Position numbers and translations under genes: made by a program. From Thermodesulfobacteriota bacterium (GTDB taxonomy: Bacteria; Desulfobacterota_D; UBA1144; Nemesobacterales; Mycalebacteriaceae): a stretch of 64,000 nucleotides of DNA. The number at the start of each line of letters is the position of its first letter. The first letter of the stretch is position 1. Under the pieces are notes generated by a model. The model did no database searches. It was not told where the DNA came from and saw only the letters and a program-made list of their open reading frames with translations. This document shows positions 29,707 through 39,905 of the stretch, in pieces. The DNA lies in NCBI GenBank assembly GCA_965205855.1, contig OZ242184.1:1152001-1216000 (forward strand). The letters are read 5' to 3'.

Positions 29707-30507
29707 TTAACCCGAAGAAACTATCTTGAGAGGTTTCTTAACATTGGAACCCACAAGCGAAGCACGGCGATAGTTGCGGAATATAAATTTGTCCGAATTG
29801 TTTTTTGCGGCAAACAAGTCTCGTGGATAGTCCACATCCATCCAGAACATGTCGCCTATGTCAAACGGTGTTATCTTGTAACCTTTATTCAAAAGTCTCT
29901 GTATGCAGGAGACATACCATTTCTGGTGGACGTTTCCTCCCCTGATTTCCTCTTCGGAGGCTCTTTTTATCATCTCCACACCCGTGCCCCTGAAAAGTCG
30001 CACTCCCACGGATTCATAATGGATATCATCTTTAATATCTTTTGTTACCAGTGATACATAGCCGCTTTCCAGTCTGATCTTCATGTCCTCTTCATCGTAG
30101 CATTCCTTTTTTTTAACTGGAAGGACTATGTTTTCTCCTCTTGTGTTGATCATTTTATCCAGAATATCTATCTCAAAGATGTCGTCTCCGTTCATTATGA
30201 TAAGGTCATCATCCATCTCTCCCCGCGCCAGACAAAGCGAAACAAGACTGTTTGTGGTTTTATAAAAAGGGTTGTAGATGGTGCTGATCTTCATTCCGAG
30301 ACTGTCGTAGTTGCGAATAAACGACTCAACTTTGTCAAAACCGAAACCGACAACAATAACAACATCATTGATGCCACAGTCTCTTATGTGGTTTATCTGG
30401 TTTCGAAGAATTGAAGTGCCACCCACATTGAGAAGACACTTGGGAACGTGTTCGGTATAGGGACGTAACCTGCTCCCAAGACCCGCGGCAAGAATTATCG
30501 CTTTCAT
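29707..30507 (-). CDS. phosphocholine/sugar-phosphate cytidylyltransferase (LicC/SpsI-like)
   Basis: MKAIILAAGLGSRL..T...PKCL, YNPFY..TNS, NGD, DEEDMK, WMDVD. Confidence 0.82.
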   Translation of the reverse strand: MKAIILAAGLGSRLRPYTEHVPKCLLNVGGTSILRNQINHIRDCGINDVVIVVGFGFDKVESFIRNYDSLGMKISTIYNPFYKTTNSLVSLCLARGEMDDDLIIMNGDDIFEIDILDKMINTRGENIVLPVKKKECYDEEDMKIRLESGYVSLVTKDIKDDIHYESVGVRLFRGTGVEMIKRASEEEIRGGNVHQKWYVSCIQRLLNKGYKITPFDIGDMFWMDVDYPRDLFAAKNNSDKFIFRNYRRASLVGSNVKKPLKIVSSG

Positions 30508-30621
30508 TGTTTCATTATCTCCAGAAAATAAAGACCGGAAAGGTCTATAAAAAAGGACAGCAATACAAAACGGCTGTCACGTTTTCGATATTATCTCTAT
30601 ATACTGAGCAAATTTCAAGAC

Positions 30622-31023
30622 TTATTGTTCATTTTCAATATTCGGTATGGTAAACGCGCAAACTTCATGCTTGATGTCTTTGATGTTGTTATGCTCGTCA
30701 ACATACACGAATTTGGGTCTGTGACTTTTGCATTCGTTCTCGTCATACAGAGCGAAAGTCGCAATTATAAGCGAGTCTCCCTCACGCGCGAGATGAGCGG
30801 CCGCGCCGTTCACGCACACGACATTTGTGCCCCTTTTCCCTTCTATGGCGTAGGTATTAAACCTGTGACCGTTTGTAACATTGAATATTGAAACTTTCTC
30901 ATGAGGAAGCAAATCCGCCGCTTCCATAAGTATCGGGTCAAGAGTCAGACTTCCCTCATACTCAAGGTCCGCCTCAGTGACAAAAGCCTTGTGAATCTTG
31001 GATTTCAGTAAACTTCTTCTGAT
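30622..31023 (-). CDS. panD: aspartate 1-decarboxylase (ATC start codon)
   Basis: LKSKIH, YEGS cleavage site at G24-S25 when counted from ATC 31023; TYAI, NGAAAH; AGGAGG 6 nt upstream. Confidence 0.92.
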   Translation of the reverse strand: MRRSLLKSKIHKAFVTEADLEYEGSLTLDPILMEAADLLPHEKVSIFNVTNGHRFNTYAIEGKRGTNVVCVNGAAAHLAREGDSLIIATFALYDENECKSHRPKFVYVDEHNNIKDIKHEVCAFTIPNIENEQ

Positions 31024-31037
31024 GGTTAACCTCCTTT

Positions 31038-31883
31038 TTACAACCTCAAGTTGTCTATAAGACGCGCCTTGCCAACTCTGGCGGCAATTGCCACAAGACT
31101 TCCCTTGGACACCTTTTCTGTCGGGACAAGAGTTTCCGGATCGCAAATTTCAAGGTAATCAACCTGAATCCCTCCCTCGCGGGCTATCAAATCCTCACCC
31201 GCCTTCAGAAGTTCCACGCTTTGCCGGGTTCCCGAATCAAAAAGTTGTTTTATTTTAAACAAAATATGCGGAATGACAACCGCCTGTTTTCTCTCACTTT
31301 CGGAAAGATATTCGTTCCGGGAGCTTATCGCAAGACCCGCGCCGTCCCTGACCGTGGGAACGGCAAGAATTTGAACATCGAGGCCAAGATCTTCAACAGC
31401 TCTCTTTATTATCGCGAGTTGCTGGAAATCTTTCTCGCCAAAACCTGCGACCGCAGGTCGGACGATATTGAAAAGTTTGACAACAACCGTTGCGACACCC
31501 TTGAAATGTCCGGGTCTTGAAGCACCGCACAGGAAATTCTGGAGATTTTCAACCTCAACGGAGGTTTGAAAGCCAGCGGGATACATCTCTTCCACAGACG
31601 GAATGAAAACCGCGTCAACTTCGGAGTCTGAGAGTTTATCAATATCGCCCTTTTCATCCCGCTTGTAGTTCTCATAGTCTTCTCCAGCGGAAAACTGGAG
31701 TGGATTGACAAAAATGCTTGCTACGCAAACATCGGCACGTGCGCAAACAGCCTCCACAATCCGCAGATGCCCTTCGTGAATGGCTCCCATGGTCGGGACA
31801 AAGGCAATTTCCCCCCCCTCTCTACGGGCGGCAAACGAGTATTCCCTCATTTCCGCGACCGTTTTGAGAACAGTGCGGGTCAC
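31038..31883 (-). CDS. panC: pantoate--beta-alanine ligase
   Basis: [40 protein letters not shown]. Confidence 0.96.
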   Translation of the reverse strand: MTRTVLKTVAEMREYSFAARREGGEIAFVPTMGAIHEGHLRIVEAVCARADVCVASIFVNPLQFSAGEDYENYKRDEKGDIDKLSDSEVDAVFIPSVEEMYPAGFQTSVEVENLQNFLCGASRPGHFKGVATVVVKLFNIVRPAVAGFGEKDFQQLAIIKRAVEDLGLDVQILAVPTVRDGAGLAISSRNEYLSESERKQAVVIPHILFKIKQLFDSGTRQSVELLKAGEDLIAREGGIQVDYLEICDPETLVPTEKVSKGSLVAIAARVGKARLIDNLRL

Positions 31884-32692
31884 TTTTTCCCCTCCGGTGC
31901 GGGGAATATCCCCTCCCTGACTTCATAAGCGTATCTTTCGGTCGCGTCCGCAAACATCTTTCTCGCTTCGGCGTATTGCTTCACAAAACCCGCAACGGAA
32001 TCACCCGTAAGCCCCACCATATCGTTGAAAACAAGAACCTGACCATCGCACTCGGCTCCCGAACCTATTCCTATTACCGGTATGTCAACACCGGAGGTTA
32101 TACGGGACGCAAGCTCCGGCGGCACGCATTCAAGAAACAACATTGCCGCACCACTGTCCCGGCACCCAACCGCCATATCGTATATGTGCTGCGCGGACTG
32201 CGGAGTGTTCCCCTGAACACCGTATCCGCCGAGAAGATTCACCGATTGCGGACACAACCCGATATGGGCCGCCACCGGTATTCCCGCATCGGTTATCCTG
32301 CGAACCGTTTTTATATAGCGGCGTGCTCCCACCTCTATCTTCACGGATTCCGCCCCGGCTTTAAGAAGAATTCCGGCGTTTTTTACCGCTTCGCGATTGC
32401 CCGCCTGATAAGAAAGAAAAGGCATATCGGCGCAAACGTGCGTAACCCTGACAGCCCCCGAGACAATGCGTGTATGATATTCCATGTCTCTCATCCGGAC
32501 CGGAACGGTGCTTTCAAGTCCTTGTACCACATTGCCCAGAGAATCTCCCACAAGCACAACATCAACTCCGCAACCGTCAACGATGGATGCGACAGTCCAG
32601 TCATACGCGGTTATGGCGACAATTTTGGACCCGTCCCTTTTTTTCCGCCTCAGATGAGTAATCCGTATCTTTTTTGTTTGAGCTTTTCCCAT
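31880..32692 (-). CDS. panB: 3-methyl-2-oxobutanoate hydroxymethyltransferase
   Basis: ITAYD, LVGDSLG, DMPFLSY, IGIGSG..CDGQVLV. Confidence 0.95.
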   Translation of the reverse strand: MGKAQTKKIRITHLRRKKRDGSKIVAITAYDWTVASIVDGCGVDVVLVGDSLGNVVQGLESTVPVRMRDMEYHTRIVSGAVRVTHVCADMPFLSYQAGNREAVKNAGILLKAGAESVKIEVGARRYIKTVRRITDAGIPVAAHIGLCPQSVNLLGGYGVQGNTPQSAQHIYDMAVGCRDSGAAMLFLECVPPELASRITSGVDIPVIGIGSGAECDGQVLVFNDMVGLTGDSVAGFVKQYAEARKMFADATERYAYEVREGIFPAPEGKK

Positions 32693-32787
32693 GTTTACAA
32701 GCCAACAGAAATCTAACAGGCAAAAGTGTGCAGGTAAATCCGCACGGAAGTTGAAATTCAAACGCAGTAAAATATAATCGCTCTGCA

Positions 32788-33984
32788 ATGAAAAGGTCGA
32801 GCGTACGGTGGAAATCACCCCTTATAGAAAGCCTTCCCGAATACATCTTCAACTCGGTGGATAAGCTGAAAAAAGGCGCGCGAGCAAATGGAGAAGACAT
32901 AATTGATCTGGGAATGGGAAATCCCGACCGTCCCACTCCGCCCCATATAGTCGAAAAACTGACCGAAGCCGCGCTCAAACCGCGCAACCACCGCTACTCG
33001 GCGTCAGCGGGAATACCAAACTTGAGAAAAGCGGTGTGCGACTGGTACAAGAGAAAATTCAACGTAACACTCAACCCTGAAAAAGAGGCAGTCGCCACAA
33101 TGGGCATAAAGGAGGGAATATCCAACCTTATGCAATGCCTGCTGTCTCCGGGAGATTTTGTAATAGTACCGTCTCCGGCATATCCCATACACCCGTATTC
33201 TGTAACCATAGCCGGAGGCAAAATTATCACGGTTCCGATTACCTCCAACATGGATTCGTTTATTGACTCAATAGACAAAGCCGTACGCAAGGGACGCGGC
33301 AAAGTTAAAGCAATAATAATCTCGTTTCCGAACAACCCAACCACCGAGACCGCGGACATTGGGTTTTTCGAAAAAATAGTGGAGCTCGCGCGCAAAAAGG
33401 GAATTATAGTGATTCACGATTTTGCGTATGCGGAAGTGTGTTTTGACGGCTACACGCCTCCCAGCATAATGGAGGTGAAAGGGGCAAAAGAGGTTGCCGT
33501 TGAGTTCTATTCACTTTCAAAAACCTACAATATGCCGGGCTGGAGAGTCGGGTTTATGGTCGGCAATACGCAGATTGTCTCTTATTTGAAAAAACTTAAG
33601 AGTTATCTTGACTACGGAATCTTCCAGCCCATACAGATATCGTCCATTCTTGCCATGAACGGACCGCAAAAATGTGTTGAAGAGGTAAGAACAACCTATC
33701 AACTCCGGCGGGACAAGCTTATCAAGTCGTTCGCGAAATCAGGATGGGAAATTAAAACGCCCAAATCAACAATGTTCGTTTGGGCACAAATCCCTCAGCA
33801 GTTTAAAAAAATGGGCTCCCTTGAGTTTTCAAAGATGCTTATAAAAAAGGCCGGAGTCGCCTCGTCCCCAGGAGTCGGGTTCGGCAGGCACGGAGAGGGA
33901 TTTGTGAGGTTTGCTCTTGTGGAAAATGAAAAACGCATAGGACAGGCGGCACGCAATATAAAACGGGTTCTGGGCAAAGATTAG
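32788..33984 (+). CDS. alaC: class I/II PLP aminotransferase (AlaC-like)
   Basis: DIIDLGMGNPD.PTP, YPIHPY, HDFAY, SLSKTYNMPGWRVG, YLDYG.FQPIQ. Confidence 0.75.
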   Translation: MKRSSVRWKSPLIESLPEYIFNSVDKLKKGARANGEDIIDLGMGNPDRPTPPHIVEKLTEAALKPRNHRYSASAGIPNLRKAVCDWYKRKFNVTLNPEKEAVATMGIKEGISNLMQCLLSPGDFVIVPSPAYPIHPYSVTIAGGKIITVPITSNMDSFIDSIDKAVRKGRGKVKAIIISFPNNPTTETADIGFFEKIVELARKKGIIVIHDFAYAEVCFDGYTPPSIMEVKGAKEVAVEFYSLSKTYNMPGWRVGFMVGNTQIVSYLKKLKSYLDYGIFQPIQISSILAMNGPQKCVEEVRTTYQLRRDKLIKSFAKSGWEIKTPKSTMFVWAQIPQQFKKMGSLEFSKMLIKKAGVASSPGVGFGRHGEGFVRFALVENEKRIGQAARNIKRVLGKD

Positions 33985-35828
33985 AACGCTTGTCCTACAT
34001 TCAGAAAAATCTGATACCGCCGCAGCCTCGGGTCGGGGTTGAGTGTATACCCGAAATCAAGCCCAATGGGAATTCCCACAAACTTGTATCTCAATCCCCC
34101 TCCAAGCGCGTATCTAAGGTCATCTATTTTGTAGTCAAAGCTCTTCGGAAACACATTTCCGTAATCAAGAAAAAACACCCCTCCCAGTTTTTGTCTGATG
34201 GGAAAACGTGCCTCAACGCTTCCGGTTATCAGAGAGTTTCCGCCCAGAGGATCTTCATTAAGGTCGAGCGGTCCGAGCCTTTGAAAGGAAAACCCTCTCA
34301 TACTTTTACTGCCGCCCGCGAACAACCTTGCGAACAGGGGAACATCCTGACGGCGGCTCCGTCCGAACGGTTCTATGAATCCCACCTGAATTTTTTTTGC
34401 AAACACAACACCGTAAAAATCTAGATACCCGGTCGTCTCAAAAACGGTTTTGACATATTCCCTCTCGGAACCCAGAAACGCTCCCGCAAGTTCGGTGTCA
34501 AAACTCGCGATGAAGCCACCCGAAGGGTCAATGACATTGCCGGTCCTCACGACCTCAAAACCGCCGGCAAGGGTAACAAGAAAGATATTTTCAAGACCGC
34601 GGGTGAAGTCCGTTTCAATCGCCTGCGACCTTATTTTGGAGCCAATCACGGTCGGGCCGAAATAGACTGAAAAAAGACCGTCCTTGAACCTTTTTTGGAG
34701 CTCGGAGGAAAAGACTAAAAAGTCCGCCTCGTAACTTGGAAAATCGTCTCTGCGAATATCAAAAATTAGAGAAAAATTTGAATCCTTCCCGAGGAAACCC
34801 GGTTGCCGGACGATAAGCGCCGCGACTTGCGAAGCAAAGGAGACTTTGGCGGAAACCTCAAGAGTTCTGTTCAAATTAAGAAAATTCCTGTTGATAATCC
34901 TCACCCGCCCGCGCAGTTTGTCCACCCTGCCTACGCCGGCTCCAAGCTGTAAAGTCATCGTCTTCCTTCTCACGGTTTTTATAACCGTGGAAACCGTTCG
35001 TGAATCCGTGTCAATTTCCGAAGTTATGGAAACCGTTTCAAAATAGCCGAGACCAACAAGCCGCCTTTGAGAATCAAAAACCTTTGACGGAGAACTTATA
35101 TCTCCGGTTTTGTAGGAAATGTTGTTGATAATCAAGCTTCGAAGTGCTTTATTGGATTCCGTGATTTCAATATCGCCGAAAGTGTATGTATCCCCCGGGT
35201 CAATTGTGAAAATTACCGAAACCCTCCTCTCCTTTCTGTCAATCTCCCCATTTGAATCAAGGTGAGCTTTTGCATACCCCATCTCAACCAAAGCGTTTTT
35301 GACAACTCCTTTGGCTTTTTTAAACCGTTGAATGGAAAACCTCTCACCGGAGCTGAGGGGAATTTCATCAAGGAGTTTCCGTATCTCAACCTGGTATTCG
35401 GGCTGGAAATAGCCCTTTATATCAAGAATCACCTCGGACACCAGCACGGGACGGTCAAGTCTTATGCTTATTTTTAGAGAGACGCCACCGTTGTTCTTTC
35501 CCCTTTTCGCGCGCCAGACCACGGAAGAATCGTAGTATCCGTTGCCGGCAAGAAACTGCCGGAGATACTCAATGTTTCTCTCAACCTTCAAGCTGTCGAA
35601 TTCGGGACTCTCCTTCCAGAAAGAAAACCTTCCGGGCGGAACAACCTCCGAAATCACACTTTTTATCTCTTTAAGGCTAATCTCCCCGTTCCCAGTAACG
35701 GAAAGACCGGATATTAAAGCTCTATCTCCGGCAACAGACGTTGCTGGGAAAAACAGAAAACAACAAATCAGGAATAATGAAAACGAAATCCCGCGCATGT
35801 TTCCCAACGAAACAACGTGAGTGAACAT
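33981..35828 (-). CDS. Omp85 family (TamA/BamA-like) outer membrane protein
   Basis: signal peptide, POTRA-like repeats, FAGG..SMRGF loop motif, C-terminal VGQAF. Confidence 0.85.
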   Translation of the reverse strand: MFTHVVSLGNMRGISFSLFLICCFLFFPATSVAGDRALISGLSVTGNGEISLKEIKSVISEVVPPGRFSFWKESPEFDSLKVERNIEYLRQFLAGNGYYDSSVVWRAKRGKNNGGVSLKISIRLDRPVLVSEVILDIKGYFQPEYQVEIRKLLDEIPLSSGERFSIQRFKKAKGVVKNALVEMGYAKAHLDSNGEIDRKERRVSVIFTIDPGDTYTFGDIEITESNKALRSLIINNISYKTGDISSPSKVFDSQRRLVGLGYFETVSITSEIDTDSRTVSTVIKTVRRKTMTLQLGAGVGRVDKLRGRVRIINRNFLNLNRTLEVSAKVSFASQVAALIVRQPGFLGKDSNFSLIFDIRRDDFPSYEADFLVFSSELQKRFKDGLFSVYFGPTVIGSKIRSQAIETDFTRGLENIFLVTLAGGFEVVRTGNVIDPSGGFIASFDTELAGAFLGSEREYVKTVFETTGYLDFYGVVFAKKIQVGFIEPFGRSRRQDVPLFARLFAGGSKSMRGFSFQRLGPLDLNEDPLGGNSLITGSVEARFPIRQKLGGVFFLDYGNVFPKSFDYKIDDLRYALGGGLRYKFVGIPIGLDFGYTLNPDPRLRRYQIFLNVGQAF

Positions 35829-35844
35829 TGGGGAATCACTCCCC

Positions 35845-36921
35845 TTACTGCCCTTTCAATATGTCATATCCCGTGATTGACATACTTTTATCAGCCATTG
35901 TTTCAACATATTCAGCGCTAACCATACCGGCGTTGAGGGCTTTTGAAATTCTCATAAGAGCAATCTTCGCAGTCGCTTCATCAACCATCTGACCGGTTTC
36001 CGGGTCAAACATGCTTCCGCCTCCCTGTTTGTGGTAAAAGTCCAATTGGTGCTTTGCTTCCTCTATCTGTTTCTCCGTGGGGCTGAACAATTTGTTCGCT
36101 ATGCCAGCCTGTTGCGGATGAATCACCCATGTCCCGTCCATTCCGATTTCCGCCGAACCGGCGCACTTTTTTGCAAGCCCGCTCTCAACAAGTTCGACGG
36201 TTTCGGGCTTGTCGTCTTTACGCCAGATTCTCAGATAAACATTGTCTATCGCGTGAAGACCGGCCGCTTTTGCGGCGGTAACAACCGCCTTTTTTTCATA
36301 GTAGAAAATATCATTCTGCCTGTCCAGCAAGAGGTCCGGGTCAAGACCCAGTTCGGCAGCGTAATCGGCTATTCCGAAAACAAGACCCGCCATTCTTGGA
36401 GACGCAATCGCTATCTCATACGCGTATTTCAGCGCTCGCGGACGCTCAATCAACGCCTCTATCGCTACCTTTGTTTTCCAGCCGTGCTTTTTTTCAAGAT
36501 TGTCCAGCAGGTCGGAAACAATTTTTATATCCTCGGGCCCGTTCGATTTGGGAACTATGACTCCGTGGAATTTGTCCACCGCGCCACTCATAACCGCCTC
36601 AATATCCCCTTTGAAGAAATCCGAGCGTACATTGTTCGGGCGGACGGTTATAACCTTTGAACCAAAATCAAGGGTGTTGAGCGCTTCAACCATCACCTCT
36701 CTGCTCTTGTCTCCCTTGAACTCGTAGGGACACGCATCTTCAAGGTCTGCCATCACGTGGTCAACCGGCGCCTTCGCCTTGTCAGCGGCGTTTGTGTGAA
36801 GTTTCATGTTGTGCCCCGGATAAGTCAGCTCCGTCCTTGGAACCACAACCCTTGAGCCATTGTCTAATACAAACATTTTATTCCTCCTTACTACGGTTAA
36901 AAATGAATCAGTAAATTTCAA
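35845..36921 (-). CDS. mcl: CitE/malyl-CoA lyase family protein
   Basis: DLEDA, VRPN, VPK, LIE, FG.ADY, AID, G.WVIHP.Q; coupled to the mcd-like gene. Confidence 0.7.
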   Translation of the reverse strand: MKFTDSFLTVVRRNKMFVLDNGSRVVVPRTELTYPGHNMKLHTNAADKAKAPVDHVMADLEDACPYEFKGDKSREVMVEALNTLDFGSKVITVRPNNVRSDFFKGDIEAVMSGAVDKFHGVIVPKSNGPEDIKIVSDLLDNLEKKHGWKTKVAIEALIERPRALKYAYEIAIASPRMAGLVFGIADYAAELGLDPDLLLDRQNDIFYYEKKAVVTAAKAAGLHAIDNVYLRIWRKDDKPETVELVESGLAKKCAGSAEIGMDGTWVIHPQQAGIANKLFSPTEKQIEEAKHQLDFYHKQGGGSMFDPETGQMVDEATAKIALMRISKALNAGMVSAEYVETMADKSMSITGYDILKGQ

Positions 36922-38074
36922 GAAGCCTTCTGGCTATTACTTCATGTTGTATCTCGCTTGTGCCCTCAAATATACTGAACACCCTTGCGTCCCGCCAGAA
37001 TCTTTCCATCGGATATTCCTCTGAATATCCGTAACTGCCGAATATCTGCATAGCCTCTCTGGTTACAAACTCCGCCATCTCCGCGCCTTTTGCCTTGGCT
37101 ATTCCGGCTTCAAGGTCACATCTTTTTCCGCTGTCCTTCTTCTCTGCGGCAACATACGTAAGGTTGCGTGCCGCTTCAAGCTCAACCGCCATTTCTGACA
37201 GTTTGTGCCGTATTATCTGAAAATCGCTTATGGACTGACCGAACTGTCTGCGCTCTTTCGCGTATTTTATTCCCGCCTCAAAAGCCGCCTGACCCACCCC
37301 GACAGCCCTTGCCGCCGTCTGTATCCTTGCCGCCTCAAATGTTGTCATAAGGTGGTAAAAACCTTTACCTTCCTCCATGCCGAGAAGATTTTCCGCGGGA
37401 ACCCTGCACTCATCAAAACTCACGGTGAACGATTTCATTCCGTGGTAGCCGATTGTCGGTATTGGCCCGCCGGAAATGTTCGGGTTATCAAGATTTTCGG
37501 ACGGCTCCTTTTCAACTAGAAATATGCTGAGCCCCTTGTGTCTTTTGGACATATCCGGGTCGGTACGGGCAAGCACGGTGAGTATGTTCGCCCTGTTTGC
37601 GAAAGTGCACCAGGTTTTTTCTCCGTGCAGTATGTAATGGTCACCGTCTTTTGTCGCTCTGAGGTTGACTCCGGCCAAATTCGAACCGTTGTCGGGTTCG
37701 GTAAAAGCGGCGGCGGACATAAGCTTGGCGCTCGCAATTCCCGGAAGAAACCTCTTCTTCTGCTCTTCCGTTCCGCCGTTTTGCAAAAGTGTTCCGGTAA
37801 TAATATTTCTTGTCATAACGCTTCCGGCGCTAAGTAATCCTCTGCTTAACTCTTCGGCGACTATGGACATACTCACATAATCCAGCCCGACCCCGCCGTA
37901 TTCTTCGGGAAATACCATCCCAAAATATCCAAGCTTTCCCATCTCTTCAATGATTTCCTGCGGTATTTCTTTGTTGTTATGGTGTATGTCCGCCGCAATG
38001 GGAACAATTTTTTCCTCTGTGAATTTCCTCACCGACTGTCTTATCTCTTCGTGTTCACTGGTGCATAAAGGCAT
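36908..38074 (-). CDS. mcd: acyl-CoA dehydrogenase, (2S)-methylsuccinyl-CoA dehydrogenase-like
   Basis: EELSRG..SAGS..TR, FTEPDNGS, KTWCTFA, GY.GMK, FEAARIQTAARAVGV resemble recalled Mcd motifs. Confidence 0.72.
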   Translation of the reverse strand: MPLCTSEHEEIRQSVRKFTEEKIVPIAADIHHNNKEIPQEIIEEMGKLGYFGMVFPEEYGGVGLDYVSMSIVAEELSRGLLSAGSVMTRNIITGTLLQNGGTEEQKKRFLPGIASAKLMSAAAFTEPDNGSNLAGVNLRATKDGDHYILHGEKTWCTFANRANILTVLARTDPDMSKRHKGLSIFLVEKEPSENLDNPNISGGPIPTIGYHGMKSFTVSFDECRVPAENLLGMEEGKGFYHLMTTFEAARIQTAARAVGVGQAAFEAGIKYAKERRQFGQSISDFQIIRHKLSEMAVELEAARNLTYVAAEKKDSGKRCDLEAGIAKAKGAEMAEFVTREAMQIFGSYGYSEEYPMERFWRDARVFSIFEGTSEIQHEVIARRLLEIY

Positions 38075-38187
38075 TTCGCTTTTCTCCCTTAACCCTTTGA
38101 ATGATTTTCTGATTTTGCTTTTGACCGAATAAGCGGAAAAACAGGCAATATGAAACCTGAACAACTCGCTTTGTCAACATGAAATGC

Positions 38188-38814
38188 TCAATCTCCTTTT
38201 GCCTCATATATCAAATACTTTATCTCTTCCCCCTGTTTTCTGAATATTTTTTCAAATCTGGTCGGAGGCCTGCCCTTTGGATATGAAAGCAGGGGGGTTC
38301 CCGCGCACAGGTTTCGGAACTCATTTGAGCCGTCAAGGGTCTCCGCCGCGAGGGTCATATATTCATCGTGGTCGCTCGCAATTTCAAGACGACCGCCTGT
38401 TTTTGCGACAAAGCCGAGAAGCGAAATAAAATCGCGATTGATAATTCTGTGTTTCCGGTGTCTATCTTTTGGCCACGGGTCGGGAAAGTTTATGTATATA
38501 CGGTCAAAGGTTTCTGCGGCAAAGAGTCTAGCGGCGAGAATGCAGTCCATATGAACAAACTTCAGATTTCCCGTGCCGCTTTGTTTCGCGGTTTTCACGG
38601 CCTTGCCGAAACGCCCCGCTTTAATCTCAACTCCGAGGTGGTTGAAATTCGGCATCAGACGTGAGAGTTCAAACAGAAACTCCCCGTTTCCGCATCCGAT
38701 ATCCAGAGTCAGAGGCTTTGAATTGCCGAAAACGGTTTCCTTGTGCAGAGGCGGAAGATACTCCGAAACATCAAAAGCCGCGGAATCCGTGTAACCTTTG
38801 CCCCGTAAACTCAT
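38188..38814 (-). CDS. trmB: tRNA (guanine-N7)-methyltransferase
   Basis: DIGCGNG, GVEI, NFPDPWPK.RH..HR, T.FE. Confidence 0.93.
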   Translation of the reverse strand: MSLRGKGYTDSAAFDVSEYLPPLHKETVFGNSKPLTLDIGCGNGEFLFELSRLMPNFNHLGVEIKAGRFGKAVKTAKQSGTGNLKFVHMDCILAARLFAAETFDRIYINFPDPWPKDRHRKHRIINRDFISLLGFVAKTGGRLEIASDHDEYMTLAAETLDGSNEFRNLCAGTPLLSYPKGRPPTRFEKIFRKQGEEIKYLIYEAKGD

Positions 38815-39893
38815 AGAAGGTCTTCTTTGACGACGGCGCTGTGTCTCCTGTCAAACACCGCAATCTCCCCTATGCGGCAAGGCAAAGACATCTCCACATT
38901 GCCCGCGCGAACTTTCTTGTCAAGTTTCATAGTCTCAAAAAGCTGCCGCTTTTCCATATCCGCGGGCAATTCCACGGGCAGCCCCGCAGCTTTGATAATT
39001 TGTTCGATTCTCCGGTTCTCGCATTCACTCAAAAGACTCATATTTTTTGCTATGCGCGCCTCAGCAACCATTCCAACCGCCACGGCACGACCGTGGGATA
39101 TTGAATAATTTGAAAGTTTTTCAACCGCATGACCAACCGTGTGTCCAAAATTGAGTATCTTCCTCAGGTCGCTTTCCTTCTCGTCTTTTTCAACAATATC
39201 GGCTTTTATTGAGCAACTTCTCTCCACTATATGGAAAATGAGACTCTCATCCCCTTTGAGAATTCCGTCCAGATTTTTCTCAAGAAATTCAAACAACTCC
39301 AGATCTTTGATGACTCCGTATTTGATAACCTCGGCAAGACCCTCAACTATCGCGGAACTTTCCAGCGTGGAGAGAAGCCCTATGTCCGCATACACTGCAA
39401 CCGGTTGGTGAAAAGCGCCGATAAGATTTTTTCCGGCCGGTGTGTCAACACCCGTTTTTCCACCGACCGCGCTGTCCACACTGGCGACAAGAGTTGTGGG
39501 AATTTGAACATACGGCACTCCCCTGCAGTATGTCGCCGCGACAAATCCGGCAAGGTCTCCCGTAACCCCGCCCCCGAGAGCGACTACGGCGCAGTCCCTT
39601 CCGATGAGGGCACTCTGCATCATATCTTCAATATTCCGTTTGGTCTCCCTTGTTTTATTGATTTCTCCGGCGGGAAACTGAAAAAGATTCGTACGGGAAA
39701 CACGTTTTTTCAGTTCAGACATAAGCGCGGGAGCATGGATGCGCGCCACATTTGAATCCGCAATCACAGCCCAGCAATCTATGCCGCCAATCGCGGCGAG
39801 CTCTTCGGCAATAAAAGGGAAAAGCTCTTTGCCAATCTTGATTTTGTGCGAAAACGCACCCGTAGAGACTTCTATTTCCGCTTTCAGGAGCAT
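38811..39893 (-). CDS. aroB: 3-dehydroquinate synthase
   Basis: ALGGGVTGDL, PTTL...DSAVGGKT, KNLIGAFHQP, LNFGHTVGHA. Confidence 0.95.
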   Translation of the reverse strand: MLLKAEIEVSTGAFSHKIKIGKELFPFIAEELAAIGGIDCWAVIADSNVARIHAPALMSELKKRVSRTNLFQFPAGEINKTRETKRNIEDMMQSALIGRDCAVVALGGGVTGDLAGFVAATYCRGVPYVQIPTTLVASVDSAVGGKTGVDTPAGKNLIGAFHQPVAVYADIGLLSTLESSAIVEGLAEVIKYGVIKDLELFEFLEKNLDGILKGDESLIFHIVERSCSIKADIVEKDEKESDLRKILNFGHTVGHAVEKLSNYSISHGRAVAVGMVAEARIAKNMSLLSECENRRIEQIIKAAGLPVELPADMEKRQLFETMKLDKKVRAGNVEMSLPCRIGEIAVFDRRHSAVVKEDLL

Positions 39894-39905
39894 CTGAGAA
39901 AAATC

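Noticed and set aside
31024-31146. Track-predicted 174-aa PanD with an N-terminal extension
   Set aside because: The extension overlaps panC and is not PanD-like; SD position and residue numbering favour ATC at 31023.
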